From an uncultured Gammaproteobacteria bacterium (GTDB lineage Bacteria; Patescibacteriota; Microgenomatia; Levybacterales; UBA12049): a DNA stretch of 64,000 nucleotides. Below are positions 18,057 to 27,380 of the stretch, one piece after another. The stretch covers positions 26,579-90,578 of the forward strand of contig CAYWPH010000001.1 of assembly GCA_964460145.1 (NCBI GenBank). The letters run 5' to 3'. Made by a program: the position numbers and the translations under genes. The notes below the pieces were generated by a model. The model saw only the letters and a list, made by a program, of their open reading frames with translations. It was not told the DNA's origin and did not search any database. Positions within the stretch are counted from its first letter, which is position 1. Each line of letters starts with the position of its first letter.

Positions 18057-18506
18057 TTAATAATTTATTTTAACACTATCGCCTTTTTTAAAGTTATATT
18101 TATCGCTTAGCCCAGCGTTGATTTCAAAAACCATATCAGAGGGAACATTTGGTTTATATGTTTTTAGATTTTCATTTTCATTTTTAGGATAATTAACGTT
18201 TTTAAAAATTGTTGTAATTTTATTATCTCTAATAAAAATAATGTCTATAGGAAATTTCATACTTTTCATCCAAAAAGTATGGTAATCTTTATTTTCAAAA
18301 ATAAATAACATTCCAAAATCCTTTGCAATTGTTTTATATCTTGCAAGACCTAATTCTTTTTGCTTGTTAGATCTAGCAACTTCTACATTGAAAGATTTCC
18401 CTTTGATAGAAACATAAGGTTTTTGGGTATTTAAAAAAACTGTAAAAATTACTGAAGACAAAAATATGGCAATAAATAGAATGAAGGTTAAGCGTAAAAT
18501 TCTCAT
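18057..18506 (-). CDS. DUF192 family protein
   Basis: Signal/TM N-terminus and the DUF192 pattern (GLARYKTIAKDFGMLFIF...FWMKSMKFPIDIIF). Confidence 0.6.
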   Translation of the reverse strand: MRILRLTFILFIAIFLSSVIFTVFLNTQKPYVSIKGKSFNVEVARSNKQKELGLARYKTIAKDFGMLFIFENKDYHTFWMKSMKFPIDIIFIRDNKITTIFKNVNYPKNENENLKTYKPNVPSDMVFEINAGLSDKYNFKKGDSVKINY

Positions 18507-18507
18507 A

Positions 18508-18993
18508 TTAAAAATCTAGAGAAATTAGTTTTGCCAGTCTTGTTGTTGATTTATCCTCAAGTCTTTCCATAACACTTATTACCTTTGCATTTATATTTTT
18601 TGCTTGTCTTTTTTTATGAAATATTGCATTATCATTTTTAGTAACAGCAATAATATCTGGATGTATTTCTTCTACTAGATCATCATATTCCTTACTTATT
18701 TTTATTCCATTAAGAAGCACTATAAAGTCCACAAATTTTAGCGCTGATAGTATTTGAGCTCTATCATCTTGTGAGTTGATAGGTTTTTTATCTCCTTTTA
18801 ATTTTTTAACTGATTCATCGCTTTCTAAAAGTATGAAGAGATAATCTCCTTTTTGCCTTGCCTTTTCTAAAAACCTTATGTGGCCAATATGTAAAACATC
18901 AAAACAGCCTCCAGCTAAAACTATCACTTTTTTTTCTGAGTTTATCTTTTGCGCTGCATCTATTGCTTGTTGAATATCTAAAACCTTACCCAT
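18508..18993 (-). CDS. Cytidylyltransferase-like nucleotidyltransferase (RfaE/HldE domain II-like)
   Basis: GGCFDVLHIGHIRFL (HxGH) and KLKGDKKPINSQDDRAQILSALKFVDFIV resemble heptose-1-phosphate adenylyltransferase domains. Confidence 0.65.
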   Translation of the reverse strand: MGKVLDIQQAIDAAQKINSEKKVIVLAGGCFDVLHIGHIRFLEKARQKGDYLFILLESDESVKKLKGDKKPINSQDDRAQILSALKFVDFIVLLNGIKISKEYDDLVEEIHPDIIAVTKNDNAIFHKKRQAKNINAKVISVMERLEDKSTTRLAKLISLDF

Positions 18994-19000
18994 TTTATTT

Positions 19001-20446
19001 TTATTGTTTAGTGCCTCTTAAAAATACTGCCTGCCAGGATCTGTAGTTAGAAGTAAATTTATCTGAAATTATTGTTTTTCCATTTTTTGTAACAGTTCTT
19101 GTAAAGTATACATTTGCACCCCATGCCTCAAAATCAGTTTGTTGTACTTGACCAATAGGTAAGTTTGGATCGTCTTGATAAAGAGGTGCTGGTGGGGCAG
19201 ACTGATTTAATATTACCGGTTTAGATATATTAGTCACTCTTCCATCATTGGTGCCGTAGAAATAAAATTTCAAGGAGTAATTATTAAGATCAATTTCTCT
19301 TTGTACTAATATATAGTTTCCCGTATCGTTTTTAAACTTTAAATCAACACTTGGAACAAATATGGTTGCGTCAAGGCCAGGCGGAGAATCTTGTTCATAA
19401 TACCCTACTCTGTATGCATGGGCGTTTCTTTCTACAATGGGAAGTCCTGCGTCTAAGATGGCTCTGAAAAAAGTCGTGGATACTTGACATACTCCTCCTC
19501 CATCACCAAGTACTGTTCGCCCATTCTGAATGATATATGCCTGCTTATATCCTGTAAAAGCCGATATGTCGCCTAGTGCTTTATTAAAAGAAAATACTTC
19601 ACCTGGAGCGATTAAAATTCCATTAATTCTTGAGGCTGCAAGGTTTATATTAAAAACTCTCCCTGGTATTGAGTGATAAAAAGTAGATTCCCCTTTTCCT
19701 ATTAATTCTTTTATTCCAAGATTATTTGCTTTTTCTGTAGTAATATTAGGCTCAATGATAACTATGGGAATTGGGATAATTATTTCCTGAGCTTTATTAG
19801 ATGTTATTATGGTTAAGGTTTTCTCTTCTAATATCTGATTTATTTTGTCCATGCCTACTGTTTGTCCGTTTTCTGAGGGCCTGAAGGTTGTTACTCTTCC
19901 ATTTTCAAATTTAAACTGCGCATCAACAGGATCCTTATCTATTTTTTTCTTTATTGGTTCTAGATTTTGGCTTAAAATATTTCTTGAAAAAGTATAGGCT
20001 GGAGAAAGACGTATTCCCCCAAAATACGCCTGTATAATAAGGCTAACATTAGAAAAAAGATTGGTGGATTTTCCTAAAGAGAATACTTGAGTTGCCAAAA
20101 GTTCTGATTCATATCCAAAATTAATCTGTTTTGCAGAAACCGTTGCTACACCATATTCGCTGACAAATACGAATGAAGTTGTACCTATATTATTATTTTT
20201 AGCATCAAAATAAGCTTTGACGTAGTCTTGTGTCTTTCCTCCAAAGTCTTTATTTCCTATATAAATACCTGGGTAAACTTTATTGTCATATATTTTTTGA
20301 TATGCAAATAAAAGAACGCTTGTTAAAAAAAACAAAGAAAGAAACGCTCCTGTAGAAAACCAAAATAAATTTGTGGCTATTTTGCTTAGGCGCTTTAAGT
20401 ATTTGAAACGAAACTTAGTTTTAATCTTTGGATAGGATATGTTCAT
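19001..20446 (-). CDS. VanW-family protein
   Basis: N-terminal TM; GDGGGVCQVSTTFFRAILDAGLPIVERNAH is the VanW signature. Confidence 0.7.
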   Translation of the reverse strand: MNISYPKIKTKFRFKYLKRLSKIATNLFWFSTGAFLSLFFLTSVLLFAYQKIYDNKVYPGIYIGNKDFGGKTQDYVKAYFDAKNNNIGTTSFVFVSEYGVATVSAKQINFGYESELLATQVFSLGKSTNLFSNVSLIIQAYFGGIRLSPAYTFSRNILSQNLEPIKKKIDKDPVDAQFKFENGRVTTFRPSENGQTVGMDKINQILEEKTLTIITSNKAQEIIIPIPIVIIEPNITTEKANNLGIKELIGKGESTFYHSIPGRVFNINLAASRINGILIAPGEVFSFNKALGDISAFTGYKQAYIIQNGRTVLGDGGGVCQVSTTFFRAILDAGLPIVERNAHAYRVGYYEQDSPPGLDATIFVPSVDLKFKNDTGNYILVQREIDLNNYSLKFYFYGTNDGRVTNISKPVILNQSAPPAPLYQDDPNLPIGQVQQTDFEAWGANVYFTRTVTKNGKTIISDKFTSNYRSWQAVFLRGTKQ

Positions 20447-20485
20447 TGAGTAGCTTTATATATTGTATTATACTATAAAAAGTGT

Positions 20486-21979
20486 ATGGAAAACGATCAA
20501 ACGGTATTTCAAAACCCTCAAACACAAAGCTCGCCAGCGCCCAATCCTTTTGCTGGGCAAACAGCTAATCAACAGCCACAATCTTCTCCTTCGCCTCTTA
20601 TTATGCCATCTCCTCAGCCACAGCCTTCTCTTTCTCCAAAAGAGGTATTAGAGGGTGGTAATGGGAAAAAAAGGTTGCCAATTAAAAATATCCTAAGAAT
20701 TCTGATAGGCTTGGCTGTTATAGTTTTGGTAGGAGCATTTATTTTCTTTGTAGCCACAACTCTATTTGGCAACAAAAAATCAGACAGTGGTAATGCACAG
20801 CTTACATTCTGGGGTCTTTGGGAAGATAGCAAAACAATGCAGGTTATCATTGATGATTTTCAAAGACAAAATTCCAATATTAAAGTCAATTACACAAAAC
20901 AGGATATAAAACAGTATAGGGAAACTTTAACTACTAGAATTGAGAATGGAAAAGGACCAGATATTTTTCTGTTTCATAATAGCTGGTACCCTATGTTTTC
21001 CAAAGTTTTACTTCCTTTCCCAAGCGACACCATTTCTACCGATGAGTTTTTGAAGTCTTTTTATCCAGTTACGCAAAAAGATTTAGTAAAAAATGGAGCT
21101 ATATACGGCATACCCATGAATATAGACACACTGGCTATGTATGTAAACAAAGATATTTTTAGCTCAGCTGGTCTTTCCTATCCAAAAACTTGGAATGATT
21201 TTATAGATAGTTCAAGAACACTAACTGTAAAAGATGAAGAGGGTAAGATAAAAACGGCAGGAGCAGCAATGGGAACATATGACAATGTTAATCATGCTCC
21301 TGATATTTTATCTTTGCTTTTTTTGCAAAATGGAGTAGATTTTGAAAATATAGAGGGTTCCAGGGATAGATTTTTAGGTGCATTTAATTTTTATACTTCA
21401 TTTGCAACCGATGCAAATAATGTTTGGGATAATACATTAGATCCCTCGCTTCTTGCATTCTCAAAGGGAAATCTGGCGATGTATTTTGGATATTCCTGGG
21501 ACTTTTTTACAATTAAAACACTTAACCCAAGCCTTAACTTTGAAATAACAACAGTTCCTCAGCTTCCCAATCAATCCATTAATATGGCAAGTTATTGGGC
21601 AGCTGGAGTTTCGGCAAAAAGCACACATCAAAAAGAGGCGTTGAAATTCGTAAGTTTTTTGGGAAAAAAAGAAGTGGAAGAAAAAATGTATACTGAGCAA
21701 TCTAAGCAAAGAGTATTCGGAGAACCATATGCAAGAGTTGATCTTGCCGATAACCTAAAAGATAATCCCTTAGTTTATCCAATTTTGCTTCAAGCAAAAA
21801 CTGCAGAGCCTAGTGCTTTCGTTGACTCTACAAATGACAATGGATTAAATCAGGAGTTAAACACATATCTTGGAAACGCTGTAAATTCAATATATAACGG
21901 AGGCTCAGTAGACAGTGCATTTGATACTTTAAGTCAAGGAGTGTCACAGGTTTTAGGAAAATATGGACAGCAAAAGTAA
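20486..21979 (+). CDS. Extracellular solute-binding protein (ABC, family 1) with Pro/Gln-rich N-tail and TM anchor
   Basis: SBP_bac_1-like region (TFWGLWED...IFLFHNSWYPMF); P/Q/S-rich N-terminus and a single TM. Confidence 0.65.
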   Translation: MENDQTVFQNPQTQSSPAPNPFAGQTANQQPQSSPSPLIMPSPQPQPSLSPKEVLEGGNGKKRLPIKNILRILIGLAVIVLVGAFIFFVATTLFGNKKSDSGNAQLTFWGLWEDSKTMQVIIDDFQRQNSNIKVNYTKQDIKQYRETLTTRIENGKGPDIFLFHNSWYPMFSKVLLPFPSDTISTDEFLKSFYPVTQKDLVKNGAIYGIPMNIDTLAMYVNKDIFSSAGLSYPKTWNDFIDSSRTLTVKDEEGKIKTAGAAMGTYDNVNHAPDILSLLFLQNGVDFENIEGSRDRFLGAFNFYTSFATDANNVWDNTLDPSLLAFSKGNLAMYFGYSWDFFTIKTLNPSLNFEITTVPQLPNQSINMASYWAAGVSAKSTHQKEALKFVSFLGKKEVEEKMYTEQSKQRVFGEPYARVDLADNLKDNPLVYPILLQAKTAEPSAFVDSTNDNGLNQELNTYLGNAVNSIYNGGSVDSAFDTLSQGVSQVLGKYGQQK

Positions 21980-22817
21980 AAAGTTAATCTTAAATACGCT
22001 GTCTTACTTTGATTTATTCAATTACCCCCTAACCAGGGATGAAGCTTGGCAGTTTTCCGAAATAAAACAAAGCAAAGAAAGTTTTTATAAAGATTTACAA
22101 AAGCTAAATATTTCTTCTTATAAATCTTTTTATTTTCTTGAAAAAAGAAAATCTATAGTTAAAAAAAGACTAGAAAAAGAAAAAATAAGCAGTCAAAAAT
22201 TAAAAAAAGCTATAAAAATTATTAATAAATTAAGTCTTATTCCAACAGTTAATTTTATTGGTATTAGCGGAAGTTTAGCAATGAAAAACAGCAACTTGGA
22301 AGATGATATTGATATTTTTGTCATTTGCCAAAGCAATCTCGTTTGGTTTACAAGACTTATTTTGGCAGTTTATCTAAGTTTTTTAGGGGTATATAGGAAA
22401 AAACATGAAAAAAATCCAAAAGACAAGATTTGCTTAAACTTAATTATTGGAAATAAAAATACAGCGTTTTTTAAAAATAGACAAAACTTATACATTGCCC
22501 ACGAAATAGTTCAGCTTATGCCAATTTTTCAACAAGAAAATTCTTACTTTGATTTTATTAACAAAAACAACTGGATATTAAGTTTTTTACCTAACTACGA
22601 TGCTCGTATTCAAAGCTATAAAATACCTTTTTATAAAAGTAAAAAATTAATAGATAGTATTTTAATAAATATTTTGTATATCTTAAGAGTTGAAAAAATT
22701 GCAAAATTTATTCAATGGAATTACATGAAAAAAGACGTAACACTTGAAACAATTGAAGATAATTTTTTAGCATTTCATCCTGTAAATTTTGAAAAAAAGG
22801 TGAGCAAGTTTTTTTAG
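21963..22817 (+). CDS. Nucleotidyltransferase-fold protein (Pol-beta-like NTase motif)
   Basis: GISGSLAMKNSNLEDDIDIFVI fits the hG[GS]...D.D nucleotidyltransferase motif. Confidence 0.4.
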   Translation: MDSKSKKLILNTLSYFDLFNYPLTRDEAWQFSEIKQSKESFYKDLQKLNISSYKSFYFLEKRKSIVKKRLEKEKISSQKLKKAIKIINKLSLIPTVNFIGISGSLAMKNSNLEDDIDIFVICQSNLVWFTRLILAVYLSFLGVYRKKHEKNPKDKICLNLIIGNKNTAFFKNRQNLYIAHEIVQLMPIFQQENSYFDFINKNNWILSFLPNYDARIQSYKIPFYKSKKLIDSILINILYILRVEKIAKFIQWNYMKKDVTLETIEDNFLAFHPVNFEKKVSKFF

Positions 22818-22860
22818 ATTAAAAACCATAAACGTCCTCTAATTATATACTAGAGGGCAT

Positions 22861-22949
22861 TGACAAAATTTTTCATATTGGTTAATATGCATTGTACAAA
22901 TAACTGAATTTATTTATTCCCTCGAAGTATTTTTGAGGGATTTTATTTT
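22861..22949 (+). promoter_or_regulatory. greA promoter (-35 TTGACA 22861-66, -10 TAATAT 22884-89) and leader hairpin-terminator (22918-22949)
   Basis: Stem TCCCTC/GAGGGA with an 11-nt loop, followed by TTTTATTTT, lies 8 nt upstream of the greA ATG. Confidence 0.55.
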
Positions 22950-22957
22950 AAGAAAAT

Positions 22958-23431
22958 ATGGATAGTAAAACAATATACTTAACAAAAGAAGGATTAGAGC
23001 AGCTCAGGAAAGAGCATGATGAGTTAAATACTTCTAAAAGACCGCTCGTTTTAGAAAGAGTATCTCAGGCAAGAAGCATGGGTGATCTTTCAGAAAATGC
23101 AGAATATGTCGCTGCAAGAGAAGAACTTTCCTTTATTGACGGAAGATTAGGTGAGCTTGAAGAACTTATTAATCAAGCTGTATTAATTGAAGAAAACCAT
23201 CACAAGGGCGGAAATAACGTCGTGAAGCTTGGGTCTAAGGTTTTTGTAAATATAAAAGGAAAAAAAGAAGAGTTTACTGTTGTTGGGGAGTGGGAAGCAG
23301 ATCCTAAAGAGAAAAAAATTTCGCATGAGTCCCCTCTTGGAAAAGCACTTTTAGGTAAAAAGGTAGGAGAAAAAGTAGAAGTTGAAGCTCCAGCAGGAAC
23401 TGTTAGCTATACAATAGTTTCTGTTAATTAA
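22958..23431 (+). CDS. greA: Transcription elongation factor GreA
   Basis: GreA N-terminal coiled coil (LTKEGLEQLRKEHDEL...SENAEYVAAREE) and FKBP-like C-terminus. Confidence 0.9.
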   Translation: MDSKTIYLTKEGLEQLRKEHDELNTSKRPLVLERVSQARSMGDLSENAEYVAAREELSFIDGRLGELEELINQAVLIEENHHKGGNNVVKLGSKVFVNIKGKKEEFTVVGEWEADPKEKKISHESPLGKALLGKKVGEKVEVEAPAGTVSYTIVSVN

Positions 23432-23475
23432 CTCTCTATTAATAAAACTTCAAAAACTGGTACAATTTGTAAGCT

Positions 23476-24651
23476 ATGGCAAGAGTAAAAATAAGTGAAT
23501 ACAAAGCTAAACAACTTGTCTATAAACATTTAGGCTTTTCCTCTAATCTTATTTCTTTAAATCTAGATAATCCTTCTGCATTAGATAATCTAGATCCTAA
23601 AAAAAGCTATGCTATTAAGGTTGATCAGGGAGTTAAAGGAAGACTTAAAAAAGGATTAGTTGCTTTGGATAAATCATCTCAAGAGGTAAAAACTATAATT
23701 GATTCTTATAAAAAACTTGGGTTTAATTCTTTTTTAATTGAAGAGTTTGTTCCTCATGCAGGCTCTCAGGAAAAATACATATCAATAGAGAGAGTTAAAG
23801 ATGGAAAATTGATTTTATATTCCAATAAGGGTGGAATTGATATTGAAAAAAATATTGAAAACGTAAAGAAAGTGATTATTAAAGACGATAACAATCTTAA
23901 AGAGATTGCAAATTATTTAGAAGTAAGTACAGAGTTTTTGGAAAAAATAATTAATCTTTATGACGAGCTTTATTTCTCCTTTTTAGAAATTAATCCATTG
24001 GTAATTAAAGATAAAAACATATACCTTCTTGATCTTGCAGTAGAAGTTGATAGCACAGCAGAGTTTTTTGTAAATGGGCTTTGGGAAGCTGGGGATTTTG
24101 TTTCAGTAAATGCAAAAACAAAAGAAGAAGAGGAAATAATAAATCTATCAGCTAAAAGCCAAGCTGCATTTAAGCTTGATGTTCTAAATCCAAATGGGAG
24201 TATCTTCATGCTTTTATCTGGTGGAGGAGCAAGTATTGTTTTAGCAGATGAGGTGCAAACCCAAGGGTTTAGTAAGGATCTTGCAAACTATGGTGAATAT
24301 AGCGGAAATCCCAGTCAAGAGGAAACATATATTTATACAAAAAATTTATTAAGCCTACTTTTAAAATCTAAAGCAAATAAAAAAGTTTTAATAATAGGCG
24401 GAGGCGTTGCTAACTTTACGGATATAAGAATTACTTTTAAAGGAATTGTAAAAGCTCTGGAGGAAGTTAAAGATGATCTTAAAAAACAAGAAATTAAAGT
24501 TTTTGTAAGAAGAGGAGGTCCTTATCAAAGGGCAGGATTAAAAGATATGGAAACCTTTTTAGAAAAAGAAGATTTTTTGGGAAAAGTATCCGGACCAGAG
24601 ATGGTTTTAACTGACATTGTTTTATATGCATTAAATTATTTAAAAAAATGA
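23476..24651 (+). CDS. aclB: ATP-citrate lyase beta-type subunit (ATP-grasp, SucC-like)
   Basis: Matches the ACLY N-terminal half: FLIEEFVPH, LYFSFLEINPLVI, LDLAVEVDSTA, LANYGEYSGNPSQEETY, FKGIVKAL, VFVRRGGP. Confidence 0.85.
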   Translation: MARVKISEYKAKQLVYKHLGFSSNLISLNLDNPSALDNLDPKKSYAIKVDQGVKGRLKKGLVALDKSSQEVKTIIDSYKKLGFNSFLIEEFVPHAGSQEKYISIERVKDGKLILYSNKGGIDIEKNIENVKKVIIKDDNNLKEIANYLEVSTEFLEKIINLYDELYFSFLEINPLVIKDKNIYLLDLAVEVDSTAEFFVNGLWEAGDFVSVNAKTKEEEEIINLSAKSQAAFKLDVLNPNGSIFMLLSGGGASIVLADEVQTQGFSKDLANYGEYSGNPSQEETYIYTKNLLSLLLKSKANKKVLIIGGGVANFTDIRITFKGIVKALEEVKDDLKKQEIKVFVRRGGPYQRAGLKDMETFLEKEDFLGKVSGPEMVLTDIVLYALNYLKK

Positions 24652-26441
24652 TAGACATAGAAAAAATAAGAAAAAATGAGGGCAAAATAATTACGGTAGG
24701 AAGTTATCCTGCAATAATTCAATCTATTTTAGATTTTGACTATCTAGGCGGTAAAAAAACATCAACAGTTTCTGCAATTATTGCAACAGGAAGAAAATTT
24801 GAGAGATATTTTTGGGGCAAAAAGGAAATTCTTATCCCAGTATATTCTTCTGTTGACGTTATTCCAGATTCCAAAAAGAAAAATTTAACATTTTTTCTTA
24901 ATTTAACCTCAGCAAGAAGAATCTTATCTTCTACAAAAAATTTACTCGAAAGCATACCTTCGCTTTTAGGAGGCGTAATTTTTGCAGAAAATGTGCCGGA
25001 AAAACACGCAATAGAGTTATATAACCTTTCTCAAAAAACAAATAAGTTCATAATTGGTCCCGCAAGTGTAGGCATGGTTATTCCAAATGTTTTTAAACTG
25101 GGTGCAATAGGTGGAATAGATGCAAATCAGTTAGTAGATTCATCACTTTTTACCCCTGGAAACATTGCTGTATTTTCTGCATCAGGTGGTATGACAGGAG
25201 AGCTAATTAGAATAGTTGCTCAAAATAATAAAAATATTTCATTCTCTTTGTCTTTTGGCGGAGATAGATTTCCCATTACCTCACCAAAAGATGCATTTAT
25301 TGCTGCTCAAAATGATCCAGAGACAAAAGTGATTTGTTACTTTGGAGAACTTGGTGGAATTGATGAATATGAGTTAGCAGATCTTATTAAAACAAAAAAA
25401 GTAACTAAATCTGTCTTTTGTTTTATAGCAGGAAGTATTTCTGAAATTTTTGAAACTCCTCCACAATTTGGTCATGCAAAGGCAATGGCAAAAAACAGAA
25501 ATGAAAGTGCCAAAGAAAAAAAAGAAGCACTTAAAGATGTGGGAGCAATTGTTGCCGATACTTTTTCAGAGTTTGTTGAGCTTATAAGAGATCTTGACTA
25601 TGAAGATGTGAAAAGTAAACAAAATTATAGTAAAATACAAGTAGATATGGAAAATAGAAAACAAGCACTGATTGCAACAACTATATCAAGCGATGAAAAT
25701 GGCCAGGTAAAAATACTCGGAGAAGATTTATTAAGTTTTGCAAAAAATAATTCCTTTGCCTTTATTGTGGGATCTTTATTTTTAGGCAAAAAATTAAAAT
25801 CTAGAGAACTAAGTGAATTCATAGATTTTACTCTTAGATTATTGGTTGATCACGGACCTTATGTATCTGGTGCCGTAAATACAATTATTGCGTCCCGTGC
25901 CGGAAAAGATTTAGTTTCATCTCTTTCCAGCGGACTTCTTACCATAGGGCCAAGATTTGGAGGGGCTATTAATCAGGCAGCTCAAAATTGGCTTATAGGT
26001 GTATCTGAAAATAAAAATCCTGTTGAGTTTGTAGAAGAGTTTGCTAAACAAAAAATTTATATTTCAGGCATTGGACATAAGAAATATAGTTTGGATATGC
26101 CAGATCCAAGAGTTGTGGAAATACTTAAATTCTCTGAAAAACTTTCAGAAAAAAAATTTACATCTTTTGCAAAAAAAGTAGAAAAAATTACCACAGGAAA
26201 GAAAGCAAATTTAATTTTAAATATTGATGGCGCTATTGCTGCAGTTTTGTTAGATATATTATCTGAAAAAGAGGGTTATTCAAAAAGTCAGTTACAAGAA
26301 TTAATAGATACAGAATTTTTTAATGCTTTATTTGTGCTATCTCGTTCTGTTGGATTTATTGCGCACTTTTTAGACCAGAAAAGATTAGATGAAGGACTTT
26401 TCAGGCTTGATGAAGATATGGTAGCTTCGGTTGAAAAATAA
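24648..26441 (+). CDS. aclA: ATP-citrate lyase alpha-type subunit (CoA-binding/SucD-like plus citryl-CoA lyase domain)
   Basis: YFWGKKEILIPVY, catalytic His in PQFGHAKA, and the ACLY-specific segment VDHGPYVSGAVNTIIASRAGKDLVSSLSSGLLTIGPRFGGAI...GFIAHFLDQKRL. Confidence 0.85.
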   Translation: MIDIEKIRKNEGKIITVGSYPAIIQSILDFDYLGGKKTSTVSAIIATGRKFERYFWGKKEILIPVYSSVDVIPDSKKKNLTFFLNLTSARRILSSTKNLLESIPSLLGGVIFAENVPEKHAIELYNLSQKTNKFIIGPASVGMVIPNVFKLGAIGGIDANQLVDSSLFTPGNIAVFSASGGMTGELIRIVAQNNKNISFSLSFGGDRFPITSPKDAFIAAQNDPETKVICYFGELGGIDEYELADLIKTKKVTKSVFCFIAGSISEIFETPPQFGHAKAMAKNRNESAKEKKEALKDVGAIVADTFSEFVELIRDLDYEDVKSKQNYSKIQVDMENRKQALIATTISSDENGQVKILGEDLLSFAKNNSFAFIVGSLFLGKKLKSRELSEFIDFTLRLLVDHGPYVSGAVNTIIASRAGKDLVSSLSSGLLTIGPRFGGAINQAAQNWLIGVSENKNPVEFVEEFAKQKIYISGIGHKKYSLDMPDPRVVEILKFSEKLSEKKFTSFAKKVEKITTGKKANLILNIDGAIAAVLLDILSEKEGYSKSQLQELIDTEFFNALFVLSRSVGFIAHFLDQKRLDEGLFRLDEDMVASVEK

Positions 26442-26515
26442 TTCCCCAAAAATTAATATTTGATATCTCTTAAAAACAGGAGTAAAATTATCTACGCAAT
26501 TGAGGATATTAATTA

Positions 26516-27334
26516 ATGAAACATTGCGATTGTATACTTTGCCAATTTAATAATCCGAAACCCACGGCAACAGCGGTAATCATAAAAGATCAAAAACTTC
26601 TAGTTGGAAAAAGAAATCTAAAGGGAGAGCCATTTTTTGGAGAGTATGATTTTTTTGGAGGTTTTCTTCAAGAAGGCGAAAATCCGGAAGATACACTGAA
26701 ACGTGAAATAAAAGAAGAGCTTGGTGTAGATTCTGATCTTACGTTTTTGGGAACTTTTACAGGATCGTCTGATTATCAAGGTTACGGATTTCCAGTCATA
26801 ACTTTTGTATATATAACAGAACTTCTAGGTGATATTGTCTTGGATAAAAAAGAGAATTCAGAGATGGAATGGATTCCAATAAAAGAAATTAAAACTATAG
26901 CTTTTGACTCAAATCAAAAAATTTTAAAATACATAAAAGATAAGTTTGAATATGATCTAAAAACTGTAAAGAATTTAGTTTATCAGCTTGATCCAAGTGC
27001 TAATGTTAACGAACAGTCTTTATATAAAGCTATTTTAAATGGATATCTTAGTAAAGTTGAAGATAAGGGTAAGTTAGTAGGTATAGGATGGATTTTCCCG
27101 AGAAGAACACTACTTCGCAAACAAGCAGTAGTTGAGGATATGATTGTAAACGGTGATTACCGCGGACAAGGTCTCGGAGAAAAAATTCTGAGGGATTTAA
27201 TTAAATGGGCAAAAAAAGAGGGCGTTGAGGTTATTGAACTAACAACCAATCCCAAAAGGGTTGCAGCAAACTCCCTATACAAAAAAGTCGGCTTCAAGTT
27301 GCATGAAACAAATCACTATCTTCTTAAATTATAA
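26516..27334 (+). CDS. Nudix hydrolase - GNAT acetyltransferase fusion protein
   Basis: Nudix box GGFLQEGENPEDTLKREIKEELG; C-terminal GNAT motif (GDYRGQGLGEKIL...KVGFK). Confidence 0.7.
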   Translation: MKHCDCILCQFNNPKPTATAVIIKDQKLLVGKRNLKGEPFFGEYDFFGGFLQEGENPEDTLKREIKEELGVDSDLTFLGTFTGSSDYQGYGFPVITFVYITELLGDIVLDKKENSEMEWIPIKEIKTIAFDSNQKILKYIKDKFEYDLKTVKNLVYQLDPSANVNEQSLYKAILNGYLSKVEDKGKLVGIGWIFPRRTLLRKQAVVEDMIVNGDYRGQGLGEKILRDLIKWAKKEGVEVIELTTNPKRVAANSLYKKVGFKLHETNHYLLKL

Positions 27335-27380
27335 TTTATTTTTATATTCAGAAATAAACTGATATAATTACCCCCAAGTT

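Noticed and set aside
20486-20700. Pro/Gln-rich N-terminus of the solute-binding protein, as a possible separate gene or repeat
   Set aside because: It is continuous in frame with the TM segment and solute-binding domain. It is a cytoplasmic low-complexity tail, not a separate feature.
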